Source of the DNA: Klebsormidium nitens
Taxonomy: Eukaryota; Plantae; Klebsormidiophyceae
Reading direction: 5' to 3'
DNA: 64,000 nucleotides
NCBI GenBank assembly: GCA_000708835.1
Contig: DF237000.1
Location: 4,166 to 68,165 of the forward strand
Shown: one piece after another, positions 10,633 to 23,217 of the stretch
How positions within the stretch are numbered: position 1 is the stretch's first letter
How the letters are laid out: each line of letters begins with the position of its first letter
Made by a program: the position numbers and the translations under genes
Notes under the pieces: model-generated
What the model saw: the letters and a program-made list of their open reading frames with translations, nothing else
Told to the model about the DNA's origin: nothing
Database searches by the model: none

Positions 10633-13600
10633 CTAAGTACTTACGAGTTCCTTGAACTTCCTCCGTAAAAGCCGCACAAACAGGGAGAAATCGTTCGTTT
10701 CGTTTACCATTGTTTGCAGCTCTTCGATACCAGAAACTTGCGGACTGCAATCTAGTACTGCACAAATGCAAACACGCATCGTTAGGATCCGTTCCGAAGT
10801 AGCAATTCCTGTCCGGGCCAGGTCAAAGTATTCATCAGCAAATGGTAATTCAACGACCGACAAGCTTGATTGTTGAGAAAATGAAGTACCATCGAAGCTC
10901 GGACCGTACGAAGTTGATCGTGCAGGTTGAAACCTTCGAAGCGAAGCTTTGCCTGGACGCGCGTCGTACAAAAACCTCCGAGATGAAAACCGCTCCAATC
11001 CCGTGATCCGTCAACTCTGCATACCCTCGTAAGTCTGGATAATTACGAGTGAAAACAAGCTGTAGCAGACATCAGCTTTGATTTTGACGGTGACATCAGG
11101 ACGGCCTTAACGTGACTTGCTTACATTGCAAATCTGCGGACTCCTCAACAGGAAGACTCTAAGTCGATGAAGCTTGTAAACCAAAAAAGCAAACAACATT
11201 ACAATCCGCACCTGAAGACCTCATCTTTTGGAGACGGTAAAGTATCCAGGCTTCTAGAATAAGAAGCGACGAAGAATTCTGCCTCACCCGTGTATGTTGA
11301 GGTGACGTGCAGCTGACACGAGAACTCCCGCTTCGTATCCCTTGGGTCAATCTGTGTGAAGACAAGCCTGAGAAGATCCCCTGCAGACGAAGAAAGAAGA
11401 AGGTGAAGGCGATTGATGGCGAGAAAAGGTCACCAAATCAGTACTGTTTGATCAGGGTGTTTTGAGCGCTGGACAACTAGCGAAGTTATATCTGCTGCGC
11501 CTGACTGGATCATACAGCAATCCAACCTGCGGAGTGCCAGCAGACTTCCGTCATTGACGATGATAAACCAAAAGCAAGAACGCAGTTACTCTACGAGGAT
11601 CGAGCAATTACCAGTATGTTCGAGGTTTCGGGCCGTGTTGAGACCACAGGACTTTCGGTCGAGAGATTGTCGAGAGTGTGAGAGGAGCCCAAGAAAAGTT
11701 GCAAACGGAGAGAAATGCTTTGCTCCATTGGTTTGTTTGAATGCCGCGGTTCAAGGTCTTCACTTGGAGACGGTCGCTTCATCGACGTTCACGTTGCAGA
11801 TGCTTTCCTCGGCGCATTGTTTCCTTCCAAACAAACGGTTCGCATGGCAGCAACTCCGCTCATAGGTGCCCACTGCCGCTTGGGATAAGAGCTGGCCGCT
11901 ACTCAGCAAGGAGCGGCGTCGACGGGGACTCAACCTCGTCCAGATACTTTTTTTTCCGGGTTTGAAACAATTTCAGAGTTTTCGAGGCTTAGGTCATAAC
12001 TCAAGACCCTGAAACTCACTCGGCGTGTGCTCGAAGCGCAGTCCCAAGTGCTTCCGATACAGTTCGTCCCCTAAGAGCAGCGCCTCGGCCTTTGACTCCT
12101 TCACGGCCCCTTCGTCCTCCAGCTCTGCACCGGAGAAGCCCGTTCTCGTTTTTTTGTTTCTGAAACAGTCTACAGAATCCTAATTCACATGTCTAGCAAG
12201 AATCCTCGGGAAAGCAGGAGAGATTGAGACTGAAGAGGCATTCTTGAATTGTGGTAGGGCTAGTGGCGACCAGGTTTGCCACTAGGTGACTCCCGCTCAA
12301 CTCTTACGGTTTCCTTCATCCTTTGGCTCTGCGCCAAGGAGGAGGGACTTCGTTTGTTTCCGGGCACCTGAGTGGAAAGCTTGTATTTGATAATGTGGAC
12401 ACTTTCTGGAAATCATATGCTGCCTAACAACGTGATCCCAGTTTTGACTTCCGTCTTCGGTACTATTTCTTGGAATGATTCCATGCCTTGTCTGGTTCCT
12501 TGAAGTATTCAGAAGAGCTCACCGATGATCTCCTTGTCAATCTCCTGCTTTTCCTTGCTGACAGTGTCCTCCAAATCTGCCAGCCGGGGCGGAAGGCTCG
12601 CCTCCTCCTCCCGGATATCCGCCAACTCCTTCTGGTAGTGCTCCAGGCTCACGCGCTGCTCCTCCAACACTGCAGAACGAGAAATGAGGACTTGGACCCT
12701 GGAGACTTCAAATTTACAGGGATTGCACAGAAAGCCCCAGTGTGCTTGCAAGGCTAACAGTCCCACAGATCAGCGGCCCAAGATGCTTGCAAGGCTAACA
12801 GTCCCACAGATCAGCGGCCCAATGTTCCGAGCCACAAACTTATCGTGACTTGCACACCCAGGAGTGAAAACGATCAAACAATCAGCCAGCCTTGTCAGAG
12901 GGGCTAACATTAGTTGGGAATGTTGACAAGCTGTATGGGTAACCCAAGACTATGGAACGACATGGGGCAAACGTAAGTCTGCTGGAAACAGGGCGAAAGC
13001 AGAGCGTGTTGTCCAGAAAGTACAGCAGCTTTCTTAAGCAGCACAAACAGGCGTGCCGCAGGGCAGGACCCCTCTAGATATATTGAGGTCAGGCTTGCTG
13101 CTTTGCATTATAGTGGTCTACTCTTGCCTTTACGTTTGGACTGCCCCATTGAATCTGACTTTGAGCCCCTGGCGAGTGGCGAGGCCTGAAAGATCCACTG
13201 GCAACTGGCTTCGGTCACAAGCACTCACATTTCTGCAGCGCCGCCGCCGTCTCATTCAGCTTCTCCTCCTCTTCGCTCAAGTCCTGGACCCTTCCTGCAA
13301 AGGAGAAAGTGATATCAACCACTCCAACATGGCCGTGACCTTTCCACCTCTGCACAACCATGAAGAAGCGCAAAAACGCCTGTTGTTTTATCCCTTGCAC
13401 ATAGTGACCCAGTCGCTCAGTGAATTTTGGATGGCCAAATGCTCCTTCATCTGGATAGAAGACGCAACCGCGCTCTCAGATAAAATTCTCAGATTCATCT
13501 GAATTCAGACGTCACAGTAGCACACAGCTCCAGCAGTGACATATGCACGGTTCCTGGTGGTAAAGTTCTTCATTAGGCGGGATATGAAACTTAAAGGCGC

Positions 13601-14164
13601 AGCAAGGTCAAAATTTTGGGTTAGCAGAACTTTCTGAGCTGCAAAGTTCTCTCTGACGAATGCGGTTTGCTGCTGACGAACGATGACAAACATGGCGAGT
13701 TCAGAACATGCTCCAATCTGCGTCAGTATCTAATGACTGTAAATACTACCCAACAAACGCTGTGGACTGCTTAAGACCAATGGCAAACACGGCGAGTTCA
13801 GATTGGGGCTCCTAAACACCTGCCACTGCCACAGCATCAAGTTTTCAGAGTTGAATCTAGCGAGAGGTCAATCACAACTTCAGTAAGCTTTCCCCCTTTC
13901 ATTCTACCGACATTTGAAGGATCTTTTACCGCACGAAGCACGAGATTGAAGTCACGCTGCCCTCCGCAGATCAGCAAACCTCAACTTGTAGAATTGGAAA
14001 AGGGATGATTTGGGAGGCTTACCATCTGCCTCCCGCATGAGGTCCACATGCTCCACCTTTGCGTCCTCCAACGCATTCAACCTCGCAATGGCCCACTTAT
14101 CAAAATGCGCCTTCGCTGCTGCCAAGTCTTCTTGCAGGGCAGCGATGGAAAACGGCGCAGTCAT
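10633..14164 (-). CDS. SPC25: Kinetochore NDC80-complex subunit SPC25
   Basis: Exons (minus) 14164-14023, 13294-13229, 12669-12523, 12124-12020, 11380-11288, 10757-10633, phase-consistent. An N-terminal coiled coil precedes an RWD-type C-terminus: YRKHLGLRFE, LRLVFTQIDPRD.KREF, CSPQVSGIEEL..VNETNDFSLFVRLLRRKFKEL. Confidence 0.9.
12743..12821. repeat. Direct tandem duplication (38-bp identical copy, period 41) in a SPC25 intron
   Basis: tgcttgcaaggctaacagtcccacagatcagcggccca at 12743 and 12784. Confidence 0.9.
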
Positions 14165-15286
14165 CCCTGATGTATCCTTTGATTGGTTAACTACTCGTTG
14201 CAGGTCAAAAGGCTATGCAGGTACCACTTCTGACGGTCTCAACATAGAAAGAGCTCTGGAGATAATTCAACAACTGGTCAAAAACCATAGAAAGTCCCCC
14301 CAACAGGTGCGTATGAGTCACTATTGCGGAACCTCAACCCCACTTACTCCCTGGATATGTTTCCCAGCACTAACTTTTGAAAGGCGTGCCTCTTGTGATT
14401 TGCACCGGAATGACGACTAGCAAAAGGTGTCGCAAAAGAGGACTGAATGTGACTCTCCACAAGAGTCCGCGTCTAGCTACTTGATCCAATTAAGGCATCT
14501 GTATTCACGTAGGATACGCGACGTCCACATCTGGAAAATAAATTGCTAGTCTGCCCTTGAAGGATCCTTCTAACTGTTTCCAATCAAGCCCGCAGACAAG
14601 AACCTGCCCAGATTACCACTCTCGATGAAGTTGCAGGGATGCCTCAATGCTTCAATTTCGAAAGCAGGGATGCCTCAACGCTTCAATTTCGAAAGCAGGG
14701 ATGCGCCTTCTGTGTTGGAACTTTTAGACTGCACGAGTTCGAATTTTGCTCAAGCCTCAAGGCATTGAGAATTGGTGGTAAAGCAGATAAAAACGCAACC
14801 GTCGATCGTTTCTGAATCGTGGCGAAGGACGGCTCAGATCGGTCCGCGGAAGTTGCCGCCAAGCCAGGGGAGTGTGAAATTCAAGTTCAAACGTTCAACT
14901 TGGTTCAACTTCGACATTCTAATTTCTAGGAAAGGTGGTAGAGTCTAGACATGCAATTGGGCGCTTTGCGTCGCCCTCACTACAGTAGGTAATTGGCAGC
15001 AAGCAGGAAGCAAGCAAGCCCTTGATTTCTTTGCTGGGCCTTGGGGTCCTTGTTGAGGAGGATCGAGAAATTTCCGTGCCTTGCAAGAATAAGTGGACTA
15101 GGGCCAAGAGAAACGTTCAACGATCGGCCCTGCGGATTGTAGGTCCTGGCGGGTGAATTGGTTCTTGACGATTCTCTGGCAGCCAAGGATTGGCGATCCC
15201 TCATTTGACATGTTGCTTTGAGAATCAGAGTAGGTAAAAGGTGGATGGAATCACCCAGCCGGCCTGTCAGAGGCAGCTGCAAAAAC
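14165..15286. promoter_or_regulatory. Probable bidirectional promoter/5' UTR region shared by SPC25 and the CSM1-like gene
   Basis: Divergent start codons 1.1 kb apart. No specific elements were verified. Confidence 0.45.
14633..14704. repeat. 31-bp tandem repeat (2.3 copies) in the SPC25/CSM1-like intergenic region
   Basis: gcagggatgcctcaa(t/c)gcttcaatttcgaaa at 14633 and 14664, with a partial copy at 14695. Confidence 0.9.
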
Positions 15287-18200
15287 ATGAGTGACAGGGC
15301 ATTGAGGCAGCGCAAGGCCCCTGTCAATTACGTGGGGAGCCCCTTCCAGGTAAGATAATTGTCGACGTGTCCCGCATCATTGAATTTTCATCAATCTTCT
15401 CTTTCAAGGCTCATTCTTGAAGCTCTGATAAGTGATTGCTTCGCTTCAGCTTGGGTGTTCGCGATTGGATGTATAGCTTGAAGACACAGAGTGCCTTAAA
15501 AGTCGACACTTCCACCTTTTTCTCTGCCCCTGTTTTGACATATACAAGAAAACACGTCAGGTTAATGTACCATTGAAAGGCTTTTGCAGTGGCTTGCTTT
15601 GGCAGAGATTAGTCTGCATTGCCATCAGGTAATAGGAGAGATCCAGCTTTCTCTGCCTTCTCAAGCCGGACAGGAGCAATCTGGTCACCGGCACATGAAC
15701 AGTGCAGAATGTCAAAATAGGTGATTGTCCAAGTCAGACTCAGAAGCAGGTGCATCAGCATGTGGATATCCATCTTCTCACGATTGCAAGCTATCAATGT
15801 GCAGACACCTGAGAAGGAGCGAGAGCAGAAGTGGCCGACTGGGCGTCACAAGCGCAAGCTGGTGAGCAGCGATCAGGCAGCGGGGGACAAAGAGAACAAC
15901 CTCTTCAATGACCCCCCTTCGGTTGCTGTGGAAGAGCCTCGGCCCGAGGTGCAGCAAGACAAGAAGAGGGGAAAGGCCGCTAAGAAGCAGCTTGCCGATT
16001 CTGCCGGTGCACCAAATACCGCAGATCAGCAACCGCAAGCTGGCAGCCAAGAAGAGAAGGGCAAGGACCAAAAGGCAAAGAGGGGGAAGAAAGTGGCCAA
16101 TGTGGCACCCCTTGTTGATGCCACCCCATCTGATGGAGCAGCCAGTGAAGGCCATGGTCCAGGGGAAAATGAGTTGCAAGAGCAGAACGGAGTCACCGAG
16201 AAGGCAGTTGGTAAGCGAGGGGCCGCTAAGGGTGCGGCCAAGAATGTCAAGGGGACTGCTCTGGACAAGAAGAAAGTCAGCCAGCAAGTCGCTGCGGCTA
16301 CTGCGGCCGTTTTCAAGGCTCAGGGAAAGAAGGCTTCCTCTGGCAGCACTCGAGCAGCCAAGAAAGGGAGCTCCAAGGGCGGTAGAGGGGAGCCGGCGGC
16401 AGGCCCCGATGTCAGCCAAGGAGGGGAGACGTTGGCAGGCGCCAATGTCAGCCAAGAGGGGGTGATATCAGCGGGTGCAGCATCTGGCGAAGTGAGAAAG
16501 GGGGCAACAACAAGGGGAGCCCTTCAGGCGCAGAAACCAGTGGCCAACAGTAAGGCAGTTGCAAAGGAGAAGAAACCAGTGTCGGGGGGAAAAGGAGAGG
16601 GTTCAGGGGGAAGCCAGCCAGGAAAGGCTACCAGGGAAAGCAGAAAGAGGAAAGCGCAGGAGAGGGCCGTTGTGGAGATCGACGGGGGGGATGAGGCGGA
16701 TGCACTGCCTCCCGTGAAGAAGGCGGCAGGGCCAAGTACTGCACTGGTGCCGTTCATTAATGCCTCAAAGGTTGCGGCTGAGAGGCAGCGACAATCGCAG
16801 GGGAAGGGCTTGGCAGTCTCTAAAGATGCAGGGGCTTTCCTCAAGGTAGCAGTTCCTTCGTTGATTGCCTCGGATTAGGATGTGCTTTTGGAACTATATT
16901 GGTTCTGATGCGCAGCCCCAGGGCTCTCGTTTCTGTGGTTCTTATCAGGATTCCGAACGACCTTGATGTGCGTGTGACTCCTCAGTCAACGAGCATCGTC
17001 AGTGACATTTGAAGGCCCTTTGGTTGATCGGCAAGTCCATTCAAGAAATCTGCTGGAAACCAGACTTTTCTCAACAAGAGTCCATACGGTTGCAAGTTGT
17101 CTGAAGTGAGGTGTGCTCCTTTGTCTGCTGCAGTTGCAGGAGGCATACAGCAAGCTTCAGACCAAATACCAGGCCCTCAAGGTAACGTCCAGTTGTGATC
17201 CACCTTGCTCGACACCTATGGTCATAGATTACCTTTGCTTCTGTAGCCCTAAAAGGGTTTGCAAACCTTTAACTCTGCTTCCTCTGCTTACTCAGTTGTT
17301 TTAGAAAGGTTCTAAATCATCTTCGCAAGTTGCTGTAAGGCCGATAGAGACTGTTGATATCACACCAAGGCGCCAGATACCAGTGGAAAGGAGCCTGATG
17401 CAAGGAGTTACTTGGCGTGGGGCTAGACACTCCTCTTTCTAACTCGGCTCCATGTCTTCACCTCCTGATGTCTGGTCTCTTTTATGATCACACAGCAATT
17501 GCGGCTGGACGAGACAGAGAGTCTCTTTGACGCACAGAAGAAGGTGGTGAAGGATCATAGTGAAGGTGCGTCAAACTCTGCTCGTTTGGACCTTCCTCAG
17601 GGAGTTGCTCGCAAGCATGTCTGCTATGGATTCATGCAAAGACCAGTTCTTGAACTGATATTCAATCTGTCAGCATTCTTTCTAGTGACAAATGGTCCCA
17701 CCGACGTGCTTGTCCCCGACATTGACTGCTGAGTTGTGTTTTGGCAGTTGTGTTTTGGGGCAGCGCTTTGAATTTCAAAGAAGAACACCGGTCTTCAAGA
17801 AGAGGACCAATTCATTTGAGTTCCCGCCTGGCATTTACTTCAAGTTAAAGAAAATGCACTGATCTTCAAGCAGAGGACCAAGTCAGACTCGTACCCATCC
17901 AAGTGGTGAGCAGTGCAGTCTCATTTTCTCTAGCCTTCCATCCTTTGACTCGCCAACTTCAATGAATTTGCAGCCGCCAAAAAGCTCGTGAGCCACTGGA
18001 AAGAACAGGTGGCTCGCATACAGGAGGAAGAAGCGACCATTGTGGAGACAGCGAAGCGGTAAGGGCTTTTCCTGAAGGACTGCCGCGTATTGGTCTCGTT
18101 AACCAAGATACCTTGAGGTGTGCAGGACTCCCCTTGAAAAGGCATTGCATTAATCATAGGGGTGTGGAAGGAGCCGAGCTTCTTCCGATGAACACCCAAT

Positions 18201-21200
18201 CTACCGTAGTTCGCATGCTCCGCTAAATAAGTCGCCCCTATGCTTGGATAAGACACCTTTCCCACTTTCATCTCTTATCTCAAGCTTAATCGCAGGTCAT
18301 CAATTTCTGCAGGGCCAGGGATTTGAGGCAGGAAAACGACCTCCTGAAGATCAAGTTCATTGAGCAAGAGGAGAAACGTGAGTTGCGTCTCTGGTCTGCT
18401 CCTCTTGTGTTTCGTCTGGCGGCTGAGAGATTCAAATTGAAGGCTGAGCTGGGCTCAAACGAGTGCTCGATCTTGAAATGCATTTTAAAGATCTGCCAAG
18501 AGGGTTAGGAATGGTTGAGCTTCACAAGCCACAGACATGAGACCGTCACCAAATCTTTTACCAACCACTTTGCGCAGCCAACGAGCTGTTATTTGCGAAG
18601 ACGATGTCTCTTCGTATCCTCACTTTTTAAAATCCTCGGTTGCAAATCACCGCCCTATTCTTAGGTCTCCTCATTGAACACTGGTCCCCAGAGAAGGTCT
18701 CCCATCAACCGAAGCTTCCACGAACCATCTAACTTAGAGCATCTAACTAGTTGTTCTTTGCGGACTTGAATTTATCCAGATCTTCACACTTCCAGATCCT
18801 CAGTCGGATTCTTTCGCCCTTTTCTCGGATCTGCTGATCGAAGCCAGGTCCCCATGGAAGGTCCGGTTTCAACCGAAGCTTCCAATAACCACGTAGAGAC
18901 TCTAAAGACCTGTTCGTCGCAAGTTCGGTATTCCTCAAGAGTCCTCACCGCTCCTCGTTGAATCTTCCGCCCTTGTCCCAGATCTGCTGATTCAAGCCAC
19001 GTTCCCATGGAAGGTCCAGCTCCGATTGAAGTTTACATTAATCACTTAGAAACTCACGAGCTCGGCAAAAAAAAAAAACTGTATTCCGAGATGCATTGTC
19101 TCGTCCTCTCTCAGATCTGCTGATCGAGGCCCGTCTCCAAGAGCTCCAATCAGAGCTGCAGGATGCCACGCAGCACGCTCTTGAGTACGCGCGACCAGGC
19201 CCAGAGAACCGTGCAGCGGAGATTCAAACGCCGGCAGAGGACGTCGGAGCGAAGGGGGCTGCTGCGACAGACGTCCAGGTACGTTGCACCAGAAAAGATA
19301 CGGACTGCCAATGATTCTGAGACTCGCAATGGTTGACTTTTTTTGTGATCGTAAAGTTCTGTTTTGCTCGACTTGGTCTGGCACTAAGCTGGACATCGAA
19401 TCTGAGATGTTAGATTCACAAGCGAAACTCAAGAGCAAGGATTACGAAGGGCTCAAAGGGAGGGGAGTAATAAGAACTGTGAGGGTTTACTCTATGGCGC
19501 CCTTTCAGAACGGCTCGGTCCTACATCTGTGCTGCGCTTAGTGACGGGTTGCCAGCTTGACTCGATGCCGAAAGCAACCACGCTTTCTCCGAGCCATGCT
19601 CAACGCGTTGACTCCGGACCCTGCCGTGCTACAGTCTGATCGGCATCGATCCCTCAAACTACTGGCGCTACTCGTTCGTTTACGTATTAGTATCCTGTCG
19701 GCAAGTCCGGTCAACAATCAACAGACAGTCGCTCAGGGCGCCTTTGATTCCCTTGTGTTCTCGTCGTCTGGGAAGGCCCCTAACCGTAGCACATGCCGTT
19801 TCTGAATCGACACTTGATTCTCATGTCCTCTTTCTTCCACACACTGTGTCACCTTGTCGCGTCGTGTTTGGCACGTGTGTTTGATGCACTGCTTTCAGAA
19901 GCAACTTGATTAACAAGTCTTTCATTATTGCTGATAGTCGAAACACTGGCAATCTCAGCAACCAACTGCACCAGACAGACCCGAAAACCTCAACGACTCC
20001 TTTTGCAGGTCCAAGCCCCGACAGAGCCAGCCAAGCCGGACCATCTTCCTGTGGCATCATCAGCGGCCACTCGCGAGCTGCCACGTGGCTTCGTTGAGGT
20101 CCGCAAAGAGGACCTCTTCCCGGGCCAGAGCGCCGCCGCTCAAAGCTCTGAGCTCCCGGCACTTGATCGGGAGCAGTTGAAGCGCGAGGGTTTCGAGGAG
20201 GGTTTGAAGCAGGGGTTAAAGAAGGGTTTGGAGGAGGGACAGAAGCAGGGTTTCGCGGAGGGGTTGAAGGAGGGGTTGAAGAAAGGTCTGGAGGAGGGTC
20301 AGAAGCAGGGTTTCGAGGATGGGGTGAAGGAGGGTGTGAGGACGGGCTTGGAGGAGGGCTTGAAGCAGGGTGACGGGAAGGGTTTCGAGCAAGGTTTGGA
20401 GGAGGGACAGAAGCAAGCCATGCAGAAGAGCTTCGAGGAGGGGTGGGCGAAGGGCATGAAGGAGGGTTTGGAGAAAGGTTTGGAGGAGGGTTTGGAGAAG
20501 GGTTTGACGGAGGGTTTGGCGAAGGGCCCGAAGCAGGGTTTGGACAAGGAGTCGGAGAACGGTCTGGAGGACGATTTGGAGGTTGCAAACAAGGATCTGA
20601 AGGAGGGCGAGGGTGAGGGTTTCGAAGACGGTTTCGAGAAGGGTTTGGAGGAAGGCTTAGAGAAGGGGTTGGAGGAAGGGTTAGAGGAGGGTTTGGAGGA
20701 CGCTGACCCGACGGCGGGCCTTGGTGGGGATCCCGACGCGGACAGCGCCTGGCGCGAGCTGCTGCAGATCCTAACTGGGTGCTGCGCAGACGAGTGCGGG
20801 GAGAACAGGATCCGCTTCACGCACGAGCGATCAGGTGACTCCTCGGTCTCCTGTATTGCTTCAAAGGCCTTGTAATGAATCGGTCTCGGGAAGACTTTCG
20901 TCCTCAGAAAAAGGCGAGTCAGGAGTGCGGGGTTCGATTCACCTTCGCAAGAAGAGAATAAAATCGTACGGCCTCATCGACATCAATCTTTGACCATCCA
21001 TGATGCTTTCGCTTCTCTTTCAAGTTACAGGCGACCCGTGAAAAAGCGCTCACGGGCATGAGTAGGTCGATCACAATCGCCTTCATGGACTTGCCTCGTC
21101 ATAATTTCAAACTCCGAGACGCAACAGAAAATTCCCCAACATCGCCTCTGAACCCCTTTTAAATCCCCGTCGGTTCCGGTCGCTTTTTGTCCTTCTCTTC

Positions 21201-21656
21201 GCCACACAGACGTCGTCCTAGCTTGCGTCGCTGGATTTTTCGCTCCCGTTGACTTGACGTGCACCTGAATATAGGAATGGCAGGCCAGCTTTTCGTTCCC
21301 AGTCGCGTGTTCTCAAAGTCGCTCGCTTCAGACTTCCTGCTGCGTTGAACTCATTCAGCATGTCAAATTGTTTCTCATGCTTCACAGGTCTCGTGTTCTA
21401 CCTCACCGGCACGCCCCAGGACGATGACGTCACGGGTGACGTCGGCAGGGAGGTGGACACGCTGTCGCGCGCCTCGAGCTTCTTCGACGCGGACGCGGCG
21501 GGCAATGTGAGCTTCCTGTACGAACCGGAGGAGTTCGGCCTGCTGGACGATGACGTCAGGGAGGACAGCGAGCTGAGGCGTTCGAAGACGCTGACAATGC
21601 GGCAGGTGCCGCGGCTCGTGCACGACATTCTGGGGCAGACGGTACCCCTCTCATAG
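15287..21656 (+). CDS. CSM1/Pcs1/TITAN9-like monopolin kinetochore protein with long basic disordered N-terminus and internal (E/K)xG(L/F) repeat
   Basis: Exons 15287-15349, 15805-16845, 17140-17181, 17496-17565, 17974-18058, 18313-18377, 19115-19278, 20009-20834, 21388-21656, phase-consistent. Coiled coil YSKLQTKYQALKQLRLDETESLFDAQKK..SEAAKKLVSHWKEQ. The C-terminus WRELLQILTG..RFTHERSGLVFYLT..FLYEPEEFGLL..QVPRLVHDIL resembles the Csm1/TTN9 RWD domain. Family call is by eye. Confidence 0.7.
20186..20700 (+). repeat. Coding 12-bp-period repeat encoding (E/K/Q)-G-(L/F)-(E/K) tetrads
   Basis: EGFEEGLKQGLKKGLEEGQKQG...EKGLEEGLEEGLED, roughly 170 codons. Confidence 0.9.
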
Positions 21657-23217
21657 GCGTGTTCGAAAAGTGGAACTTAGAAAGTATACCCTCGTATTGA
21701 TGATTAGGATATTGTCGTGTTTGTTCTACGTCTGTTTGGTACAAAACGTATGCTCCCAGGGAGCCGCTGGCGAGCCCTGATCGGAATCCGCATTAGGACG
21801 TGAATGTTTCAGATTAAGTTAGCATCGGTCATCAAGTATTGGGCCACGAGGGAGACATATGGAGTCGGCGCCGTTGTCAGCTGTTTGGAGCATACTCTTG
21901 GGATGTGTTGGCCCCCCAGATATCTTGGTTTCTATTTTCAAGCAATCCTGCCAATGACAAGCAAGGGACAACTAAGTATGCAGCGACAAGCCATGCAGGT
22001 CTGATGATTTTGTCCTAGAGGGCTGCGATTCCACTTTCTTCCTTTCCCCGTCCAGATGTCTTTGAAAACGTGCAAACGTGTACATACTGGTCGCTTCATG
22101 GATTGCAACCGATGGGCGGTGGCATCCAGGCGTCTTCAAACTCATTGATGGTTCGACAACAGGCACCTGCCAGTGACTTCTTCGATTCATGTGCCTGAGT
22201 CCGGGCGCGACTGATACATGGCCAAATATTGAGTGAACCTAAGGCATGTTCCGGTCCATATGCAAATAGACTCACCAAAAGCGACCGCGTCTAGTGAATC
22301 CGTCACTAGCTGGCATGCATGCCATGACGCAAAGCCTTGAAGTGGGCAGGCCGAATCCGATCCATTCGTTTAGCTTGGCATTATCGATCATGCATACGAA
22401 CAGTGCCGCCACATATGATGCCAGCTCGCAAGTTGAAAATTGCATTGAACCCGTTCATCAAATCTATTATTTCAGTCGATGTAGGACGCATACATAGCAG
22501 CTTGCTGTGTCGGCGGCGGCGTGTTGCTTACGCACCGTGCAGCTGTCAAAGCTACAATTAGTAGGCTAGCCGTCGATCTTTCTTCGACTGCATGCATCGA
22601 TCATCACACGCTGCACTACGGCCGCGGCATGCCAGCGACCGTGCCAGACGGTGAGGTAGTAGCGGCCGCACGCACCAAAGTAGCTTACCTACAACTTAAC
22701 CCTGTCACCTTTTCCATATCATCAGTGCGCGCATTCAACGTCGGTGGGGAGACTAACGACCTAGGGCGTTAATCTCCCCAACTCAATGAAAACGAAGTAA
22801 TGGTTTCTTGTCTTAAAGCACACGTTCCAACTTTGCTCGACCGTTACGTCGGCCGGGCGTCCCAACTTGACTCCTCTAAATTACCAGGAAGTACAATTCG
22901 ACGCACAGAAGACCAGCTAGCTTGTCTTTCGACAGCTTTAAGGCACGACTAGTAGGAATACGCAAGTTCAGCGCCGCCGTCTAGCTTGAACCTTTCGTTC
23001 CGCGGCGTCCTTGCTCCTTGTCAAAGGGCAAACTATACAGCAACAGAGACCGATTCAAGCACTTTGAAGTAAGACCTAACGTACATCGAGCAAATTCTAT
23101 GTTAAAATGCCGACCCCACTCAACACTTCTGTACTTAAAACATGTGCGTTATAGCAGTTCATACTAGTGATATTAGACTACTCATTACATCTGACCCTAG
23201 ACCCCTCTCAAACGCTC

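Noticed and set aside
19821-20820. Minus-strand Pro/Ser-rich ORFs (255 and 173 aa) resembling extensins
   Set aside because: These are antisense shadows of the GxxxG coding repeat.
20920-20950. ggggttcgattc B-box/T-loop-like motif (a similar gttcgaaccc occurs near 42172)
   Set aside because: No A-box, acceptor stem or cloverleaf. Both lie in introns and are not supportable as tRNA or SINE.
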